From Minisyncoccota bacterium (GTDB lineage Bacteria; Patescibacteriota; Minisyncoccia; Phycocordibacterales; UBA2100): a stretch of DNA of 64,000 nucleotides. Shown one piece after another: positions 1 to 9,435 of this stretch. The DNA lies in NCBI GenBank assembly GCA_036517335.1, contig DATDWX010000027.1, forward strand, positions 24,192 to 88,191, in the 5' to 3' direction. The translations under genes and the position numbers were made by a program. The number at the start of each line of letters is the position of its first letter. Positions within the stretch are counted from its first letter, which is position 1. The notes beneath the pieces are model-generated. The model was not told where the DNA came from. It made no database searches and saw only the letters and a program-made list of their open reading frames with translations.

Positions 1-324
1 GGTGCCCTCTACGTTGGTCTTGATGCACAAACTGGGGTTGCTGATGCTCTGATCCACGTGGCTCTCTGCCGCAAAATGGATTATGTGGGTCGGCTGGTAC
101 TGCTCAAAAATGCTCGTCATGGCTCCCACATCGCAGATATCCGCTTTCTCAAACACATAGTTTTTCTGCTCGTGCACCGTGACATTGTGTACGTCTGCAG
201 CGTAGGTGAGTACATCAACATTGATGAAGAGTTCCCGCGGATATTTCTTGACCGCGTAATTAAGGTAGTTGCTGCCGATGAAGCCTGCCCCGCCAGTCAC
301 AATAATTTTCTTTTTGTGTTCCAT
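1..324 (-). CDS. rfbB: dTDP-glucose 4,6-dehydratase, N-terminal part (runs off window edge)
   Basis: Not in the ORF track. Manual translation from ATG at 324 gives MEHKKKIIVTGGAGFIGSNY...DVLTYAA...IIHFAAESHVDQSI...TNVEGT, with the Rossmann GGAGFIG and AAESHVD motifs. Lies directly downstream of rfbA. Confidence 0.9.
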   Translation of the reverse strand, partial: MEHKKKIIVTGGAGFIGSNYLNYAVKKYPRELFINVDVLTYAADVHNVTVHEQKNYVFEKADICDVGAMTSIFEQYQPTHIIHFAAESHVDQSISNPSLCIKTNVEGT

Positions 325-333
325 ACGCGCCCC

Positions 334-1071
334 TTATCGTTTTGCTCGTTTTTTCATAAACCGTGATGCCTCGTGCAGGCTCTCGATGGTGCCGATGTCA
401 AACCATTCACCACGCAACATATGGGATCGCAGGGTCCCCTCTTCCAGATAGAGTTTATTGACCTCGGTGATCTCGTATTCTCCGCGATCGCTTTTTTGCA
501 CCTTGCGTATTTTATCAAAAACCGAGTTGTCGTAGATGTAGAGACCCGTTGCCGCTAGGTTGCTCCTCGGCTTTTTGGGCTTTTCCTCGAGGTTGGTTAT
601 TTTGCCGCGCTTATTTACCTCAGCGACACCGAAACGCTCCGGATCGTCGACCTTTTTGAGGAAAAGTGTCGCGCCCTGCTTAAATTTTTTTATTGCAGGA
701 GCGATATCGTCGGTAATAATGTTGTCGCCGAGGAATAGCACGCAATCATCGTCGCCGATGTAATCCTCTGCAATATAGAGACCATAGGCGATACCATTCG
801 GCTCATTTTGGATACCATAGACGATCTGGATCTGTCGCGCGCTCGACTGTGTGGGTACAAAGTGTTGCCCGGAGCCGAGCAGCCGCACGAAGGAGTCAAT
901 ATGGGCGGGGGAGGTGACGATCATCACTTTGCCTATGCCGGCGTCCACGAGCTTCTCGATCGCATAGTAGATGACCGGCTTATTGAAAACCGGCAATAAG
1001 TGCTTGTTGGTGACAAGCGTCAAGGGGTGGAGCCGGGTGCCCGACCCCCCTGCAAGTATGACTGCTTTCAT
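334..1071 (-). CDS. rfbA: Glucose-1-phosphate thymidylyltransferase (short form, RfbA/SpsI-like)
   Basis: ILAGGSGTRLHPLT, NKHLLPV, LGDN, ERFGVAE, EEKP, SDRGEYEITEVN and WFDIGT motifs. Confidence 0.9.
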   Translation of the reverse strand: MKAVILAGGSGTRLHPLTLVTNKHLLPVFNKPVIYYAIEKLVDAGIGKVMIVTSPAHIDSFVRLLGSGQHFVPTQSSARQIQIVYGIQNEPNGIAYGLYIAEDYIGDDDCVLFLGDNIITDDIAPAIKKFKQGATLFLKKVDDPERFGVAEVNKRGKITNLEEKPKKPRSNLAATGLYIYDNSVFDKIRKVQKSDRGEYEITEVNKLYLEEGTLRSHMLRGEWFDIGTIESLHEASRFMKKRAKR

Positions 1072-1113
1072 GGTGCGCTTATACTACCCCTCCCGTGGTA
1101 TAGTGTCGAATCT

Positions 1114-1845
1114 ATGGAAAAAAGGGCGATCTGCGCCATCCTTGCCTACAATTGTGCCGGCGTGCTCGAAGATACCTTCCGGCGGATACCCACCGATGCG
1201 GTCGAGCGGATCATTCTCGTCGACGATGCATCGACCGACAACACACTCGAAGTTGCGCGTCGCCTCGGTATCGAATCGTACACACATCCGCACACCGGCT
1301 ACGGCGGCAACGTAAAATATCTGATACGCAAGGGGCTCGAGCTCGGTGCGGAATATGTGGTCGATCTGCACGGCGATGGGCAATACGATCCGGCGGTCAT
1401 TCCGACGGCGCTCGCGAAGGCTCGAGAAGGATACGATCTGGTTCTGGGATCTCGATTTACCGAAGCGGGGCAGCCGCTCAAGGATGGCATGTCGTGGGCG
1501 CGCTATCTTGCCAACATTGGATTGAGCACTATCCAGCGCGTCGTACTTGGATTGCCGCTCACGGAATTTCACACGGGATTTCGCGTGTACTCGCGGCATT
1601 TGGCGGAAGTGGTGAGCTTCGACCACTCGTCCAACAACCACCTTTTTAGTTTTCAGATCATCGTTCAGGCGCACTACGCCGGCCTCAAGGTAGGCGAAGT
1701 GCCGATACGATGCGATTATAGTGGCGAACACACATCCATTTCCATACGCAATTCAACCATTTACGCATTCCAAACCTTTGGGACACTCGCCCTCTACGTG
1801 CTCGCCAAAATGGGATTTAAGGTAAAATTATTCGCGAGCAAATGA
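1114..1845 (+). CDS. Glycosyltransferase family 2 (DPM1-like)
   Basis: AYN, ILVDDASTDNT, GYGG, DLHGDGQYDP, VLGSRF and TEFHTGFRVYS motifs. Start moved to ATG 1114, which follows TGGTATAGT. Confidence 0.85.
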   Translation: MEKRAICAILAYNCAGVLEDTFRRIPTDAVERIILVDDASTDNTLEVARRLGIESYTHPHTGYGGNVKYLIRKGLELGAEYVVDLHGDGQYDPAVIPTALAKAREGYDLVLGSRFTEAGQPLKDGMSWARYLANIGLSTIQRVVLGLPLTEFHTGFRVYSRHLAEVVSFDHSSNNHLFSFQIIVQAHYAGLKVGEVPIRCDYSGEHTSISIRNSTIYAFQTFGTLALYVLAKMGFKVKLFASK

Positions 1846-1861
1846 GCATAACGTTTCAAAC

Positions 1862-3574
1862 ATGAAGAGCATCGTCAAAACACACTGGCTTGCGATCGTC
1901 GTCTCGGTGTTCGTGGGCCTTTTCCATGTATTGCCGAGTGTTTTTTTCACATTTACGCCAGATTATGCGGGCGTGATGATGGTGGGACCAGCAGACGAAG
2001 AGCACTATGTGGCTCGCACGCAGCAAGCCTACATAGGTCACCCGCTCACCACGAACACCTTTTTGCAGAACAAAGACCAGCCGTATTTTCAGCCAGGACT
2101 TGGCGAGTCGATCGTGGCCGGACTTGCACGAATCACCGGTTTGAGTGCGACGCAGATGATCGTTGTATCAAAGTTCCTGTTTCCTTTTTTGGTGGCGCTG
2201 ATCATATACGCATTTGTCTACGCGCTCTTCGCATCAGTGCCGGTAGCGCTTATGGCGGTCTTGTGCGTCTTTTTCGCGGACAATTTGACGAGCAGTGGGG
2301 CGTCGACATGGCTGCGTCTCTTGCAAGGTCAATCCCCAGAGGGCTGGCTGCCCTATGCTCGGCCGGTCAATCCACAAATCAGCGGCCTGCTCTTCTTTGG
2401 CACGCTCTATCTGCTATACCGCACATTTTGGAACCGTGATATCTGGCGTACGGGAGCAGTCATCGGCATTGGCCTCCTTATCGGCGCGGCTTCGTATTTA
2501 AATCCCTACAACTGGACTTTCTTCATCGTATTCTTTGGACTTTTCTTCCTGTGGTGCTTGTATCGCAAGGAGTACAAAGATGCACTCAACACTGTGTACA
2601 TCGGCGCAATCAGCTTATTGGTCTCCATCCCGTTTTTCTTTAATTATTGGCAGCTTCTCGCGCACCCTGATTATGTGGAGAGTGCCGCGCGGTTCGGTAT
2701 TATCGCTACCCACGCGCCGATCATCGGAGCGTGGGTGATCTTGCTCTTCCTTTGCCCACTTCTTTTGTGGCCCAAAGAATATGCCAGAGCCAAATCATTC
2801 TTCATTATATCGGCTATCGCGATCTTTCTTCTGCTCAATCAGCAAGTAATCACCGGCCACTTGATGCAGCAGAATCACTATCATTTCTACGATACGAAAC
2901 CGCTCGCCGAGATCATGTTTGCCATGTACATAATTGTGATCGGAGCGCTGCTGGTGCGGCACGAGAAATTACGTATCTCTCTGTATGCCGCTATCGCGCT
3001 TTTCTTTTTCTACAATGGCGCACTCATTCAGTACCATTCGTACCTATCTTCGTATCCGCTAGCCGCCGCCGCGCAGAAGTACGCGCCATTGCTCAGCTAC
3101 CTGGAGGCCTTACCCCAAAACGAAACAATCTGGGCAGACAGAAATCTCTCGACGTATATCCCGATGTATACCGCGCATAGCGTACCCAACAATTTCTATG
3201 CGTTTGCCTATCTGACAAGTAATAAGTATCTCGAAAAGAGAATTCTTCTAGAATATCGTCTACGCGGCGTGCCACCTTCACAGGCCTACGACACCCTGGT
3301 GCAAGATCGCGCAGATGTGTCAAGTCGGATCTTTCAGTTGTATTGGCGTGAGAAGACGGGGAGTTATGCCGGCATACCGGATTCGTTACTCCGAGACTAC
3401 GCAAAAGATTACGCAACCTTTGTCCGGGCGCCATACCCGACATTGTTCCGTGATATGGGGATCACGATGATAGCGTGGGATAAAAACGCCGAACCCGCCT
3501 GGAATATAAATGCAATGCCGTTCGTGAGCAAAATATTTGAGATTGGAGATATCGTTGTGTTCCGCCTGCAGTAA
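1862..3574 (+). CDS. Polytopic membrane protein, GT-C-like glycosyltransferase candidate
   Basis: About 11-13 hydrophobic segments, an acidic DEEHY motif after TM1 and a soluble C-terminal domain. Glycan-locus context. Confidence 0.6.
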   Translation: MKSIVKTHWLAIVVSVFVGLFHVLPSVFFTFTPDYAGVMMVGPADEEHYVARTQQAYIGHPLTTNTFLQNKDQPYFQPGLGESIVAGLARITGLSATQMIVVSKFLFPFLVALIIYAFVYALFASVPVALMAVLCVFFADNLTSSGASTWLRLLQGQSPEGWLPYARPVNPQISGLLFFGTLYLLYRTFWNRDIWRTGAVIGIGLLIGAASYLNPYNWTFFIVFFGLFFLWCLYRKEYKDALNTVYIGAISLLVSIPFFFNYWQLLAHPDYVESAARFGIIATHAPIIGAWVILLFLCPLLLWPKEYARAKSFFIISAIAIFLLLNQQVITGHLMQQNHYHFYDTKPLAEIMFAMYIIVIGALLVRHEKLRISLYAAIALFFFYNGALIQYHSYLSSYPLAAAAQKYAPLLSYLEALPQNETIWADRNLSTYIPMYTAHSVPNNFYAFAYLTSNKYLEKRILLEYRLRGVPPSQAYDTLVQDRADVSSRIFQLYWREKTGSYAGIPDSLLRDYAKDYATFVRAPYPTLFRDMGITMIAWDKNAEPAWNINAMPFVSKIFEIGDIVVFRLQ

Positions 3575-3637
3575 AACAGAACGAGCGATCGAATTCCTAT
3601 CGTTCCAGCGCAGACAAATTTAATTCAGAGAGGGTGG

Positions 3638-4351
3638 TCATAGTTTTTCGCCTACATAGATCCAATCTCCCCGGATATTTTTGCATGTGTGCTTTGGCAT
3701 GTTAATCACCCGCTCGACATCCGACTTGAGAGGGAAAAAGTGTATGTGCATATCGAGCGTGTAGTAGTAATATCGCTGGCAGGGGACGGCGATGATAACT
3801 TGCTTGCGTGCAACACGCTTCAACTCTTGTACGGCTTTCTCTATATCGACCACATGTTCAAGTATGCAGGTAGCCATGACTATGTCGAATGACCCGTCCG
3901 CAAATGGCAAGTCGGTTATATTGCCCTGTTTGTAATCGGCTCCCTGTATATCTACGTGGTCGTAGACGTCGCACCCGGTGAGCGCTGTCCGCGGCTTGGA
4001 TTCTCCAATACGCCCGAGCACATACCCTCTCCCACATCCAACATCAAGAAGAGAGGTGGTGGATGTATCAATGCTCTCTTGTATCGCACGTATCGCCAAC
4101 TCGCTGATGTCGGTCGGCCGGTCCGTTGCGCGGCTATCGAGCGTTCTGTAGGCGTTGGCGTATTCCTCTGGTGTCATTTCGTGGACCAAAGACTTGAAAT
4201 CCATATACAACTTCAAGTTTTTACCTTTGAACCAAAAATAGAATGCCGGATACATGAACCACCGATTATCACGGATGATGGGAGGGAGACATTCATCCAT
4301 AATGAAGCGGATGACGTTCGTGACTGATCTGTTCATATCCTTAAGCGGCAA
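3638..4351 (-). CDS. Class I SAM-dependent methyltransferase
   Basis: LLDVGCGRG, LPFADGSFDIV and ILEHV motifs. Confidence 0.85.
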   Translation of the reverse strand: MPLKDMNRSVTNVIRFIMDECLPPIIRDNRWFMYPAFYFWFKGKNLKLYMDFKSLVHEMTPEEYANAYRTLDSRATDRPTDISELAIRAIQESIDTSTTSLLDVGCGRGYVLGRIGESKPRTALTGCDVYDHVDIQGADYKQGNITDLPFADGSFDIVMATCILEHVVDIEKAVQELKRVARKQVIIAVPCQRYYYYTLDMHIHFFPLKSDVERVINMPKHTCKNIRGDWIYVGEKL

Positions 4352-6212
4352 ACCAATTCTGATACCATAGCTGAAATACCATGAGTGTCCAGAGTTTTTT
4401 GCGGTTGTCGCGCGCCCCTTGCTCGTGCTCGCTCTTTACCTTTGCCACCTTCTCTGCATCAAAGAAGCCACTCTTTTCTATCGCCCTGCGGCCGAGCAGC
4501 TCATCTGAAAGCGGTTTGAGCTCTTTTTTGAGCCAGCGGCCGAGCGGGACGGCGAAGCCCTGTTTTTTGCGGTACACAATATTGCGCGACAACTTATCTT
4601 CCATCAGCCTTTTCAGAATGTATTTTCCTGTGCCGCGATGAAATTTGTAATGGTAGGGGAGACTTTGGAGGAATTCCACAAGAGTATAGTCCAAAAAAGG
4701 CGCGCGTACTTCCAGCCCGTGCGCCATACTTGCTCGGTCCACCTTGACCAGCACCTCGTCCATAAGATAGGTGCGCGCGTAGGACCAGAGTAGATCATTC
4801 AGAAATTCTTCTCGACTCGATTGGGTGGGGAAGAACGCATTGAGATGTTCATACGGTGATGGTTGGGTGCCGCCGCGGTCGAGGAGCTCGCGCGCTTCGA
4901 TGTCGCTAAAAGCGCCGAGCCATCTCTGGTGGCGGTGCCGGGGATCTGTTTCGACGCCCTCCAAAAACCGCTTCAATTTGAAATCAAAGCTAAAGTATGA
5001 ATGCCGCACCGGCAGCGCTTGAATGATCGGTTCGATGAGTTGGCGTCGCAGTGTTTCAGGAATATGTTTGTAATAATTCACGAGTGCCTCTGCCTTAAAT
5101 GTGGGATAGCCTGCCAGAAGTTCGTCGCTGCCGTCGCCGGCGAGTGCTACAGTCACATGCTTGCGGGTAAATTGCGAGAGGAGGTAGGTGGGCATGAGCG
5201 AAGAATCCGCGATTGGTTCGTCAAGATATGAAAACACTTCTGGAATCAAATCCATGCAACGCTCTGGGGAAAAGTGCTCGGTCGTGTGAGATACGCCGAG
5301 CGCGCGCGCGACTTCAGTCGCGTATGCAGACTCATCGAAGTCACTATTGGTAAATCCTATGGAAAACGTTTTTACCTGTTCCTTACTCACGCGTCCCGCG
5401 TAATAGGCGATCGTCGAGCTATCAAGGCCACCACTCAAGAAGACACCGAGTGGTACATCGCTCACGAGCCGCCGAGCCACACTCGCCTCCAGCAGATGAT
5501 CGAGCTGCCGGAGCGCTTCATCAAAGGATAGATTCGATTGAGAGCGGGTGATATTCCAAAAGCATTTCTCTGCAGGCTTCGCGCCCCTCTTGTATACGAG
5601 ATAGCTGCCGGGCGAGAGCTTCCGCACGCCCTTAAAAATGGAAAGAGGAGTGGGGACGTATTCGTAGGTAAGGTAGAGCTGCACCGCCCAAGGATCGATC
5701 TCTTTTTTAAAATCCGGGTGGCACATGAGGGATTTGAGCTCCGAGCCGAAAATGAGCGTGTCCCCAAACACACCCCAATAGAGAGGTTTTTTGCCAAGCC
5801 GGTCGCGCACCAGTATCAGCGACTTTTCTCGTGCGTCCCAGAGAGCAAAGGCGAACATACCATTGAGTCTTGAAAATGCTTCCACGCCGTACCTTTCGTA
5901 TAGCGCGAGTATGACTTCGGTGTCGGTGTTGCTCTTGAAGCGGTAGCCACCGTGCGCTTCGATATCGCGGCGAAGCTCCCCAAAATTGTAGATCTCTCCA
6001 TTGAACGTGATGATCGTATGCCCTGTCGTGCTCTCCATCGGCTGATGTCCGGATGCAGAGAGGTCAATAATAGAGAGTCTCGTGTGTGCAAGCCCAACGC
6101 TGCCCTTGAGATAGCTACCGTGATCATCGGGACCGCGCCGTGCGAGCGCCGCAGTCATCTTGCCGAGCGTCCCCTCGTCTCCCGCTCCGACAAATCCGCC
6201 GATGCCGCACAT
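4341..6212 (-). CDS. asnB: Asparagine synthase (glutamine-hydrolysing) family amidotransferase, probably glycan-amidating
   Basis: N-terminal MCGI, RGPD, RLSIID, FNGEIYN, LSGGLDSS, KVDRASMAHGLEVRAPFLD. Confidence 0.93.
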   Translation of the reverse strand: MCGIGGFVGAGDEGTLGKMTAALARRGPDDHGSYLKGSVGLAHTRLSIIDLSASGHQPMESTTGHTIITFNGEIYNFGELRRDIEAHGGYRFKSNTDTEVILALYERYGVEAFSRLNGMFAFALWDAREKSLILVRDRLGKKPLYWGVFGDTLIFGSELKSLMCHPDFKKEIDPWAVQLYLTYEYVPTPLSIFKGVRKLSPGSYLVYKRGAKPAEKCFWNITRSQSNLSFDEALRQLDHLLEASVARRLVSDVPLGVFLSGGLDSSTIAYYAGRVSKEQVKTFSIGFTNSDFDESAYATEVARALGVSHTTEHFSPERCMDLIPEVFSYLDEPIADSSLMPTYLLSQFTRKHVTVALAGDGSDELLAGYPTFKAEALVNYYKHIPETLRRQLIEPIIQALPVRHSYFSFDFKLKRFLEGVETDPRHRHQRWLGAFSDIEARELLDRGGTQPSPYEHLNAFFPTQSSREEFLNDLLWSYARTYLMDEVLVKVDRASMAHGLEVRAPFLDYTLVEFLQSLPYHYKFHRGTGKYILKRLMEDKLSRNIVYRKKQGFAVPLGRWLKKELKPLSDELLGRRAIEKSGFFDAEKVAKVKSEHEQGARDNRKKLWTLMVFQLWYQNWFAA

Positions 6213-6217
6213 GGTGG

Positions 6218-7156
6218 CTAATAGTGGATCTTTTCGGCGATTCGGAAAGTCGGCTTGTCTTGCATCTCGTGGTACGTACGTGTGAGCATCTCTGCGATGA
6301 GACCGAGGAGGATGAATTGAATACCAATGACTATCAGAAATACCGTGACGAGGGGAAGCGGCGTATTCACGAAATGGACGCTAAAGCCAAACTTGAGAAC
6401 AAGCATCCACAGACCAGTGATACAGCCAAACACGATGCTAACGAATCCAAAACTGCCGAAGAAATGCATGGGCCGAGCGAGGTAGGTCGTCAAAAAAAGC
6501 ACCGAGACAAAATCCAAGAGACCGCGGATCGTTCTCCCCATGCCGTATTTCGACACGCCGGCGTGGCGCTTGTGATGCTCGACCGCGAGCTCGGCAACCA
6601 TAAACCCTCGTTTTGCGGCCAGTAGCGGGAGCAGACGGTGCATGTCACTGTACAGGGGAATATCTTCCAAGACCGCGCGGCGGTAGACCTTGAAGCCGCA
6701 GTTGAAATCATGGAGCGGCACGCCGCTCCACTTGGACACCACGCTGTTGAAGATCTTGGATGGCCAGGTCTTATCGATGGGGTCGTGCCTGATCTTGCGC
6801 CAGCCAATGACGAAATCAAATCCCTCATGCAACTTCGCAACCATGCGTGGGATCTCCGTGGGGTCGTCTTGCAGATCGGCGTCGAGATTGATAAGTATCT
6901 TACCCGTACTCGCTTTAAATCCCGCCGTCATGGCGGCGCTTTTGCCAAAATTGCGACCAAAGCGGATCACCGTGATCCGCTTGTCTGCCTTGGCGAGCCG
7001 CGTGAGATCGGCAAAGCTCGAGTCGCTCGAGCCGTCGTCGACGAAGAGTATCTCCGCGTCTCCTTTCAGCTGCCGAAGGCCCCCCAACAATTTCTCATAC
7101 AGGAGGTCAAGATTGCCCTCCTCGTTGTAGACCGGAATAATGACCGAGTATTCCAT
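6218..7156 (-). CDS. Polyprenol-phosphate glycosyltransferase GT2 (ArnC/GtrB-like)
   Basis: SVIIPVYNEE, VDDGSSD, RNFGKSAA, DADLQDDP, HDFNCGFK and two C-terminal TM helices. Start taken at MEYSV. Confidence 0.88.
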   Translation of the reverse strand: MEYSVIIPVYNEEGNLDLLYEKLLGGLRQLKGDAEILFVDDGSSDSSFADLTRLAKADKRITVIRFGRNFGKSAAMTAGFKASTGKILINLDADLQDDPTEIPRMVAKLHEGFDFVIGWRKIRHDPIDKTWPSKIFNSVVSKWSGVPLHDFNCGFKVYRRAVLEDIPLYSDMHRLLPLLAAKRGFMVAELAVEHHKRHAGVSKYGMGRTIRGLLDFVSVLFLTTYLARPMHFFGSFGFVSIVFGCITGLWMLVLKFGFSVHFVNTPLPLVTVFLIVIGIQFILLGLIAEMLTRTYHEMQDKPTFRIAEKIHY

Positions 7157-7233
7157 ATATGAGCGCATTCTAGTAGAGTCTTGCCCTCCACACAATCTTT
7201 ATATATTGGTCGACTGCCGAAGGCAGGGTACAC

Positions 7234-7289
7234 CCCGTTAGAGGCCTCGCGAAATGTGCACGCGTTTTGCCATGAAGGCCTCTAACGGG
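7234..7289. mobile_element. MITE-like element copy 1 (56 bp, CCCGTTAGAG family)
   Basis: 14-bp terminal IR CCCGTTAGAGGCCT/AGGCCTCTAACGGG, flanked by direct repeat GTACAC at 7228-7233 and 7290-7295. Confidence 0.85.
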
Positions 7290-7303
7290 GTACACTGCTG
7301 CCC

Positions 7304-7726
7304 ATGCCGGACATAGTGATACAACATGCGAAAAAACATCAGCAACTCGGGCGATTCCTGATCGCTGGTGGATCGGCATTCGCCGTCAATATCGTCGTGC
7401 TCTATACGCTCACGGACATTTTGCACGTCTACTACCTCATCTCTACAGTGATCGCCTTCATGGTCTCATTCTGTGTGAGTTTCATTCTCCAAAAATTCTG
7501 GACTTTCAGAGACCATTCGCGCGACCAGATGCATGTGCAAATGTCTCTTTACCTGGGCATGCAGCTCGGCAATCTCGTATTGAACGCCGCGCTCATGTAT
7601 GCGTTCGTGGAGTATCTCCACCTCTGGTACATTCTCTCGCAAGCGATCATTTCGATCGGACTCGCCATCACGAGCTTCTTTATCAACAGAGCCTATATCT
7701 TCAAGCAGCAAGATAGTGAACTCTAA
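7304..7726 (+). CDS. GtrA family flippase
   Basis: 140 aa with four TM segments; RFLIAGG, SFILQKFWTF and FFINRAYIF motifs. Divergent from the GtrB-like gene. Confidence 0.88.
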   Translation: MPDIVIQHAKKHQQLGRFLIAGGSAFAVNIVVLYTLTDILHVYYLISTVIAFMVSFCVSFILQKFWTFRDHSRDQMHVQMSLYLGMQLGNLVLNAALMYAFVEYLHLWYILSQAIISIGLAITSFFINRAYIFKQQDSEL

Positions 7727-9405
7727 CGTACTTTGCGTACGATGTATGAATAGCCGAGTTGGTCGGAAGCGAGGAAAACGGGCAGCGTATTTACTTCTTG
7801 TGGCGAGAGTCCGCAAGCTTTGGTATTGATCTCAAAACATCTCCCCGTCGATGCCTCCGACTCTGCGCAGCGTGCAGTGCAATCCCTCGAAATGACCCAG
7901 ACGGCGTTGGTAGAGGTGGCAAAACGCGCCAAGGCCGCAGTCATTTGCTCATCTCGGTAGGCGGTGATAGTGAGCGGTTTGAAAGACGTGTCTGCGGCCA
8001 GCTGTTCGCGATTTTGCAGTAGGAACGCAAAACGACTCATCGCTTGTCGTTCTTCGTCAAGCAGCGCGAGTGACGCATAATTGACTGGAAGTGTCATGCG
8101 GCGTGCGGAATGGTCCGTGATGAAGATCGTATCCGGTGAATTAAAGCGCGCCTTGATAGTATCGAGCAACACCGACTCTGATGAGGGTTGCCAATAGAGC
8201 GAGATCGCGTGGACGCCGATGAGAGCGAAAAGCGCTAGAGCGATGACCAGTACACCTCGTGCCACCCCCTTTCCGATCTCACCCAACAGTATGGCTACAG
8301 AGAACGCACCGGCGAGTGTGAGGGGGATGCCGTAGCGCGCAGCGACATCAAAACCGACGATCAGGTGAAAGAATAGATAGGTAAAGACTGGGTAGAGAGC
8401 AATAAGTATGAGGAAGCTGCGTTTGCGTTTTCCGGAGAAGAATTGCTTGTTGCGTGCAGCAATAATGATCAATGCCACGATCACGATTGGAAACAGCAGA
8501 AAGAGCGGGTGCCCTTCAATGGCGTAGATCAAGGGCTTTACGAGGCGTGGAAACCAGTCGATGCTGCCGTCTAAGGTTTTTGCCGATTCGTCTGCAATGC
8601 TCTCGCGTATCATATACAGACGGTAGAGGAACGACACTTGCGTGGCGCACACGAGAGCAATCAGGTACCAATATTTTGCAACGTGTTGCCACACATCGCG
8701 GATCGTGAAGTGTCCGAGCAGGTAGCTATAGAGCATGAGAAGGCCGACCGAGAATGCACCAACGAAGCTCTGGAAAAAAGTCAGAATCACGCTCCACACC
8801 ATAAGCGCCACATACGTGCGTCTCTTGAAGAATTCTTCATTGCGCTCCGCGAGGTAGTATTCTTGCGCGATGAAAAACGCGCTCGTCAGTGCCACGAAGA
8901 TGATGTAGTAAGCCCACATTTTTGCGGTATGCAAGAATTCGATCACGAGTACGTTGCTAAGGAGCAAGAATAGGAAGAGTGTCAAGGTGAGCGCAAGCGG
9001 CTGCGGGACCTTTCTTTTTTTAAAAAGGAAGAAACAAAAGAGAATCGCGCCGAGCGCCGTTGCGCCGCTCACCAGGCGAAGTATGTGGAGCAGCTCTCCC
9101 GTATTGATCGCGACCCAGAGCTTCGCCGCGGAGAGGGAAAAGTGCTCCACGATTACCACGCTTGCCACCACCGGTATCAAAACGGCGGTGTCCACGTATG
9201 TCTGAATGCCGCCGTAGTACGCGCCCGAGGGAGAGAATTCCCAGCCTGGCAGCGTGTGTTTTTCTATCGAAGCAAGCGAGCTCGTGAGGAAGTAGCTCTC
9301 GTCCAAGATAATATCCGGATTATTGCCGAACGGATTGGGGTAGAGAATCACTACTGCAATGAAGAGAAAAAGTGCAGGCGGCAGCGCTTTTTTCACCATT
9401 GCCAT
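7723..9405 (-). CDS. Polytopic membrane protein, GT-C-like glycosyltransferase candidate
   Basis: DESYF motif after TM1, many TM helices, ARYGIP motif and a soluble C-terminus. Confidence 0.6.
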   Translation of the reverse strand: MAMVKKALPPALFLFIAVVILYPNPFGNNPDIILDESYFLTSSLASIEKHTLPGWEFSPSGAYYGGIQTYVDTAVLIPVVASVVIVEHFSLSAAKLWVAINTGELLHILRLVSGATALGAILFCFFLFKKRKVPQPLALTLTLFLFLLLSNVLVIEFLHTAKMWAYYIIFVALTSAFFIAQEYYLAERNEEFFKRRTYVALMVWSVILTFFQSFVGAFSVGLLMLYSYLLGHFTIRDVWQHVAKYWYLIALVCATQVSFLYRLYMIRESIADESAKTLDGSIDWFPRLVKPLIYAIEGHPLFLLFPIVIVALIIIAARNKQFFSGKRKRSFLILIALYPVFTYLFFHLIVGFDVAARYGIPLTLAGAFSVAILLGEIGKGVARGVLVIALALFALIGVHAISLYWQPSSESVLLDTIKARFNSPDTIFITDHSARRMTLPVNYASLALLDEERQAMSRFAFLLQNREQLAADTSFKPLTITAYRDEQMTAALARFATSTNAVWVISRDCTARCAESEASTGRCFEINTKACGLSPQEVNTLPVFLASDQLGYSYIVRKVR

Positions 9406-9435
9406 GCTGGGCAGTATACTGCATACTCTTCGTCA

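Noticed and set aside
9085-9435. N-terminal extensions in the ORF track for gmd and others (1000, 11199, 16383, 33022, 33736, 38234)
   Set aside because: They overlap neighbouring genes or repeats. Family motifs begin at downstream start codons, several of which follow a -10-like box.
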